This document shows, piece by piece, positions 59,749-64,000 of a stretch of DNA of 64,000 bases. The translations under genes were made by a program, and so were the position numbers. The stretch lies in IMG/VR virus record IMGVR_UViG_3300020204_000005. One strand, 5' to 3'. Position 1 is the stretch's first letter, and every line of letters starts with the position of its first letter. The DNA is from a virus. The notes below the pieces were generated by a model, which saw only the letters and a program-made list of their open reading frames with translations, did no database searches and had not been told where the DNA came from.

Positions 59749-60729
59749 TTATTCCTGAAATTTTATAACCCTTTTCATAATATCAATATATTTTCTTGTG
59801 GCACTTGTGGACTCAATGTACTCAAAAAAGTCAATGTTTGATTTTAACATTTCCAATGGATTAATGTTAATGTAATCACCTTTGAAAAATTTTTTATCTT
59901 TTAGGTCGTTGGTCACACCTGCCATATGTAATATTGGGTGTTTTTCATAAGTACTGATTGAGTCAGTTGCCCAAGAAAAACTTAAATCACTAACTACTTT
60001 AGTTTCTAAACCAAAATACCAAAGGTTCCATAACAGAGACCACATCTCCGCAGTCCAAAATTGTATTTCACCTGGGCTAATTGGATACCTTTTTTGAAAA
60101 TCTAACATTTGGTCATATAGAGGAGCACAATCGTAGTATATTTTAAACCATAGTTCCCATGGAGTGTTTTTAATAATGTATTGACCACCACCTGAATTAG
60201 GTTGGTTCTTTTTTACCTCATCAATAGTAATACCTATTACATCAACCATTTCTTGTAAAAGTTGATTTTCTCCACAATCAGGATGTTGATTTTCGTATCT
60301 ATCGCAACAACTAACAATATAATCATAACCTATATAACCAATGGTATCTGAAAGATATATTGTGTCATCACTAAGTAATTTATCAAAATCAGGAAGTTCT
60401 CTAAAAATAATGTCAGCATCGTGTAAGAAAAAACACCTACCAAATTCAGGGTTTTGTTCCAACCATTTATAAATTAAAAAAGGTTTTATACTTGGGATAT
60501 AATGTTTTCTTTGTCTATCATCTAAATAATGGTGGATATTAATACCCAATTCTTTGAGTTTTAAAGAATCTTCAGTAGGTTCTGTATTACCTTGAACCAT
60601 ACCAAATATCACATGAATTTTATTTGGGTCAATACCTAAATCTATAAAGTTTTGAGTATAAACTCTAACTTGCCAATGAAAATATGGAACGTCAGGTTGT
60701 GCCGTTACAAATACTAAGTTTTCTTTCAT
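59749..60729 (-). CDS. GT-A fold glycosyltransferase resembling plant peptidyl-serine galactosyltransferase / hydroxyproline arabinosyltransferase (GT96/GT95-like)
   Basis: YIPSIKPFLIYKWL, FFLHDADIIFRELP (DxD), GGGQYII, WTAEMWS and a late ILHMAG. Confidence 0.75.
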   Translation of the reverse strand: MKENLVFVTAQPDVPYFHWQVRVYTQNFIDLGIDPNKIHVIFGMVQGNTEPTEDSLKLKELGINIHHYLDDRQRKHYIPSIKPFLIYKWLEQNPEFGRCFFLHDADIIFRELPDFDKLLSDDTIYLSDTIGYIGYDYIVSCCDRYENQHPDCGENQLLQEMVDVIGITIDEVKKNQPNSGGGQYIIKNTPWELWFKIYYDCAPLYDQMLDFQKRYPISPGEIQFWTAEMWSLLWNLWYFGLETKVVSDLSFSWATDSISTYEKHPILHMAGVTNDLKDKKFFKGDYININPLEMLKSNIDFFEYIESTSATRKYIDIMKRVIKFQE

Positions 60730-60801
60730 AACACTATTTGAAATTAAATATAGAAAACAATAATTTGTAATAAATGCTATTTTGGGTAATATTTATTGTA
60801 T

Positions 60802-60978
60802 ATGAAGTTACTTAAAACAATATCAAAATTAGTCGTAGAATCACAACGTGCTTATGATGAAGCATGTGAAAAAGGTGTTAGTGAAAAAGAATTGGATAGA
60901 CTTGAAAAAAATTTAAGAGAGACTAGACTATTAATGAAACTATACGATAATGTGGGTAAAACTAACCCTAAAGACTAA
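60802..60978 (+). CDS. Small helical hypothetical protein (58 aa; start moved to ATG 60802)
   Basis: MKLLKTISKLVVESQRAYDEACEKG... with TATTTAT at 60790-60796 just upstream. Confidence 0.55.
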   Translation: MKLLKTISKLVVESQRAYDEACEKGVSEKELDRLEKNLRETRLLMKLYDNVGKTNPKD

Positions 60979-61052
60979 TCAAATCCCCTTTAACAATAAA
61001 CCACATTTAGTATTTGTCCTAATGTCGTAAGGACCTGTACCTGTCGCACCAG

Positions 61053-61322
61053 TTAAGTAATAAGTGTTGGTGTTGGAGTTATAGGAAGTGAGTTACATGG
61101 TACAGTTTTAAAAGTAATACATCCTTCTGAAAGAGAAACCAATTTGATACCTACTTCAGGAATATTATTAAAAATTGAAGGTAATGGTGAAATAACAACA
61201 GGAGGCCCCACACTTGTATTTATAGTTGCGACTAATACACATTGTCCACCATATGAATTACAAACATAAACTTCATATGGAAAATTAGAACCTATTATAG
61301 ATGTAATATCGATACCATTCAT
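61053..61322 (-). CDS. Small Cys-containing beta protein, paralogue of 62979-63197, ending in a PT linker (probably truncated)
   Basis: VYVCNSYGGQCVLVATI aligns with VYLCDNPITMCVYIDTI, and IKLVSLSEGC with LKIVDDNNC. Confidence 0.6.
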   Translation of the reverse strand: MNGIDITSIIGSNFPYEVYVCNSYGGQCVLVATINTSVGPPVVISPLPSIFNNIPEVGIKLVSLSEGCITFKTVPCNSLPITPTPTLIT

Positions 61323-61328
61323 AAATTA

Positions 61329-62978
61329 CTAATTATATGATAAACAAGTTTCACAATCAGTATATAATGTTGGAGTCACAACACTTGAAAAATAGTTACC
61401 TGTGTAGTTTATAATATTTGAACCTGGTGGAAGTGAAGGATAGTTCGGGTAAACCCCATAAAAAGTCCAACAGTTACCATCATTACCATAGAACGTTTTA
61501 GATGAATCTAATGAAGGTCCTGGAAAATTTTGAATTAAGTATTGATTTATTGTTTTTTTTGTATTTTTACCAAGTTCTTTAGAGGATGAAAACTCAACTG
61601 TAGTTTTTTTACAATTAAGGTAAACGTAAAATTGTTGAGGTAATGAAGGAGTTGGTGTCAAAGTAGGAGTTGGTGTTAAAGTAGGAGTTGGTGTCATACT
61701 AGGTGTTGGACTCGGTTCAGGATAACATTCAACACACTGACCTAAATTGAAGTAACCCACAGGACCTTCAGTTAAAATAATTTCAGTCACACCAATACTT
61801 TCAGGATTAACACCTACATATGAAATACATTTAGAAACACCATCGACAGTTGCTTTGAATATCATATATTCCTCTAAAGTATCACCTGATGGTGTAGGTA
61901 CTGACATAGTGGTGTAATACATCATACCATTAATACAATCTTGGAATTGTTTACTAACAGGACAAGAAAGGTCACCCTCAATTGTTGTGAAAAAAACATC
62001 ACCTGTTATGTTACAAGGTCTATTTATTATTCTTGTTGGTGTTGGAGTGGGTGTTGGTGTTGGTGTTGAGGTTGGAGTAATGCCAACAATAACCGCATCT
62101 ACATCTATGTTAGCACATGTTAAGTTAGTTGCGGTAGGGGTAGGGGTAGGTGTTAAAGTTGACGTTGGAGTTGGAGTAGGACTAATAGAAACATCACAAT
62201 CAAAAATTGCGGTAAAATCAAAAACCTCACAATAAGTTGTTGTTGTAGTAGTTGGAGGGCAAACACCTGAAGAGAAAAATTCTTCACATAAATCAGGACA
62301 TTCTGAAAAACAAGGTGACTTACCTGATAGGAGACACATACCACCTAAAGATGTTGATAAACACCATTGTTTGTTACCTATTGAATAGTAAATATAATAG
62401 TTGTTTGAACTTCCCGTCCAATATAGTTGTGAATTATAAGTACCCGCACTGTAGTAAGTACTGTCAAAAATTGTATCGGTTCCACTTATACAATATATTT
62501 CCTCACACACAGGAGGGACTGAACAAGGGAATGAAGTAATACAAGAGTTACAGTCAAGATATGAAGTACCCAACCTAAAATTATCTGAGGAAAAAATTGT
62601 GTAATAAGGTAAAGCTGATGTATAACCTGAATTAACAATTCGATAACAACCATTTAATTCATTGTTAGGGTTTGAAGATGATATTATATCTGTAAAATAA
62701 AGAGTATCGCCTAACCCAAAATTTACTGAATCCCTTCGAGAAATTGCAATGGCGAATGTTTCGCCACTACAACAACCCGAAAATTCTAAAACAGGAATTT
62801 CTTTTTCTATTAAGGTTACTACAATATCTACTGATGGTGATGTTATAGTTCCCGCCGCGTTAATGTAATAATATAATGAAGGTTCTAGGTCAAAAACTTT
62901 AACCGAAGATAAAATATCTGTGAATGTAAAACCAACATAAGTTGATGGTCCCGTATTTTGAATTTGATATATCGGCAT
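61329..62978 (-). CDS. Cys-rich modular fibre-like protein with several PT and poly-Thr linkers
   Basis: About 27 Cys by manual count, recurring (Y/L)xxCxxC motifs and four PT/T tracts. Confidence 0.7.
   Translation of the reverse strand: MPIYQIQNTGPSTYVGFTFTDILSSVKVFDLEPSLYYYINAAGTITSPSVDIVVTLIEKEIPVLEFSGCCSGETFAIAISRRDSVNFGLGDTLYFTDIISSSNPNNELNGCYRIVNSGYTSALPYYTIFSSDNFRLGTSYLDCNSCITSFPCSVPPVCEEIYCISGTDTIFDSTYYSAGTYNSQLYWTGSSNNYYIYYSIGNKQWCLSTSLGGMCLLSGKSPCFSECPDLCEEFFSSGVCPPTTTTTTYCEVFDFTAIFDCDVSISPTPTPTSTLTPTPTPTATNLTCANIDVDAVIVGITPTSTPTPTPTPTPTRIINRPCNITGDVFFTTIEGDLSCPVSKQFQDCINGMMYYTTMSVPTPSGDTLEEYMIFKATVDGVSKCISYVGVNPESIGVTEIILTEGPVGYFNLGQCVECYPEPSPTPSMTPTPTLTPTPTLTPTPSLPQQFYVYLNCKKTTVEFSSSKELGKNTKKTINQYLIQNFPGPSLDSSKTFYGNDGNCWTFYGVYPNYPSLPPGSNIINYTGNYFSSVVTPTLYTDCETCLSYN
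61648..61701 (-). repeat. 18-bp tandem repeat (about 3 copies) encoding (L/M)TPTPT units
   Basis: GGAGTTGGTGTYAAAGTA units at 61648, 61666 and 61684, the third degenerate. Confidence 0.85.
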
Positions 62979-63197
62979 TTATAATAAACTTAAATTTTTA
63001 ATTATTTCACAATTATTATCGTCAACTATTTTTAAATTGTAACTAGTTTGACCGTCAACGGATGGTGGTACAAAAAAATCATATGGAAAAGAATTTATCG
63101 TATCGATATAAACACACATAGTAATTGGGTTATCACATAGATAAACATTACACGGGGTTACCCCTGTCACATCATTTATTGTTATTTGTGTTGGCAT
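62979..63197 (-). CDS. Small Cys-containing beta protein (paralogue of 61053-61322)
   Basis: 72 aa. It is the first gene of the leftward operon, with TATTTAT upstream at 63208-63214 on the minus strand. Confidence 0.65.
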   Translation of the reverse strand: MPTQITINDVTGVTPCNVYLCDNPITMCVYIDTINSFPYDFFVPPSVDGQTSYNLKIVDDNNCEIIKNLSLL

Positions 63198-63275
63198 TCT
63201 TTTTTAGATAAATATAATGACCCCTGAAAACTTGTGAAGATTGATTATTTTAATATTATATCTTATTTTTAAGTG

Positions 63276-64000
63276 ATGTCAGACGATGCAGAAATTTTAG
63301 TAGAATTATTACGAGAAGTCCTTGGTGATGAAAAACAACATTACGAAAATAAAGGACAGATTGCTTTTGACTGCCCCGTTTGTGATGATGGTAGGAATAA
63401 AGGAAATCTTGAAATTAATTATTTTTCACATGTGTATAAATGTTGGGCATGTGGAGATGTAAACGATACTCACGGACCTTTAGGTAAGTTGTTCGACACA
63501 TATGGTAATAAGAAACAAAAAAAAGTTTATAAAGTTCTACAACCTGAAGAGTTTAAACCTAAAGAAAAGAGAGTTAAAAAATTAACATTACCACCAAATT
63601 TCACAACTTTTAAAGATTCCTCCCCTGTATATCCCGTTAGAAAACAGGCATATAATTATCTTAAAAATAGAGGTATTGACGATGAAATAATTGAAAAATA
63701 TGGTATTGGATTTTGTGATACGGGAACACATGCTAGTAGAATAATTGTACCATCCTACAACAAAAACGGGGAGTTAAATTATTACATCGCAAGAAGTTGG
63801 ATACCAAACACTAAATCAAAATACAAAAACCCTGAAGCCGAAAAAGACAAAATAATCTTCAACGAGAATTTAATAGATTGGAAAAAAGATATTTACTTAG
63901 TTGAAGGTGTTTTTGATGGTTTCTTTTTACCAAATAGCGTCCCGATGTTAGGTAAACACATGTCACAACTTTTATTTGAAACCATTTATAAAAAATGTAA
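63276..64000 (+). CDS. dnaG: DNA primase (DnaG / T4 gp61-like), partial, runs off the right edge; absent from the ORF track
   Basis: Manual translation from ATG 63276: MSDDAEILVELL...FDCPVCDDGRNKGNLEINY...YKCWACG (zinc finger)...YLKNRGI...RIIVP...YIARS...KYKNP...LVEGVFD (TOPRIM). It is open to 64000. Confidence 0.9.
   Translation, partial: MSDDAEILVELLREVLGDEKQHYENKGQIAFDCPVCDDGRNKGNLEINYFSHVYKCWACGDVNDTHGPLGKLFDTYGNKKQKKVYKVLQPEEFKPKEKRVKKLTLPPNFTTFKDSSPVYPVRKQAYNYLKNRGIDDEIIEKYGIGFCDTGTHASRIIVPSYNKNGELNYYIARSWIPNTKSKYKNPEAEKDKIIFNENLIDWKKDIYLVEGVFDGFFLPNSVPMLGKHMSQLLFETIYKKC

Noticed and set aside
54208-62265. Repetitive GTTGGAGT/ACACCA tracts resembling a CRISPR array or VNTR
   Set aside because: There are no constant repeats with unique spacers. 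They are in-frame codons for Pro/Thr linkers.
52069-63197. Diversity-generating retroelement acting on the fibre genes
   Set aside because: I saw no reverse transcriptase and no template/variable repeat pair differing at adenines in this window.
1-64000. Alternative genetic code (TAG or TGA reassignment), common in some jumbo phages
   Set aside because: Very long ORFs are intact under code 11, coding density is near complete, and TAG and TGA serve as stops at gene ends (for example 4622, 13203, 39200).

Overview
This 64 kb, AT-rich window comes from a large T4-like myovirus (jumbo-phage type). The host is most likely a member of Bacteroidota, judged from SprB-repeat proteins, A-rich translation starts without Shine-Dalgarno motifs and an ATP-cone class Ia ribonucleotide reductase. 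The window holds neck, tail and baseplate genes: gp13, gp14 and gp15-like proteins, sheath, tube, chaperone, tape measure, hub, and wedge gp25, gp6 and gp7-like proteins. It also holds a cluster of SprB-repeat, Cys-rich and Pro/Thr-rich fibre-like proteins. A replication and nucleotide-metabolism cassette (gp32-like SSB, RecA/UvsX, 5'-3' exonuclease, DnaB/gp41 helicase, NrdB, NrdA) splits the tail module. A SNF2 helicase, a RuvC-like resolvase and a partial primase are also present. The main leads are: (1) a glycosyltransferase with motifs of plant peptidyl-Ser/Hyp O-glycosyltransferases, lying among virion genes with mucin-like Thr/Pro repeats, which suggests phage-encoded O-glycosylation of the virion; (2) a Mn-type superoxide dismutase fused to an Mrr-like nuclease domain, with a paralogue of that domain on a second mosaic protein, both carrying (I/L)-x-E motifs that may be prohead-protease sites; (3) a probable +1/-2 frameshift in the tail chaperone; (4) an OmpA-like domain inserted inside a tube-initiator domain; (5) a recurrent TATTTAT upstream motif. 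All family assignments come from motif recognition by eye, with no database searches. I saw no tRNA, rRNA, CRISPR array, intein or intron.
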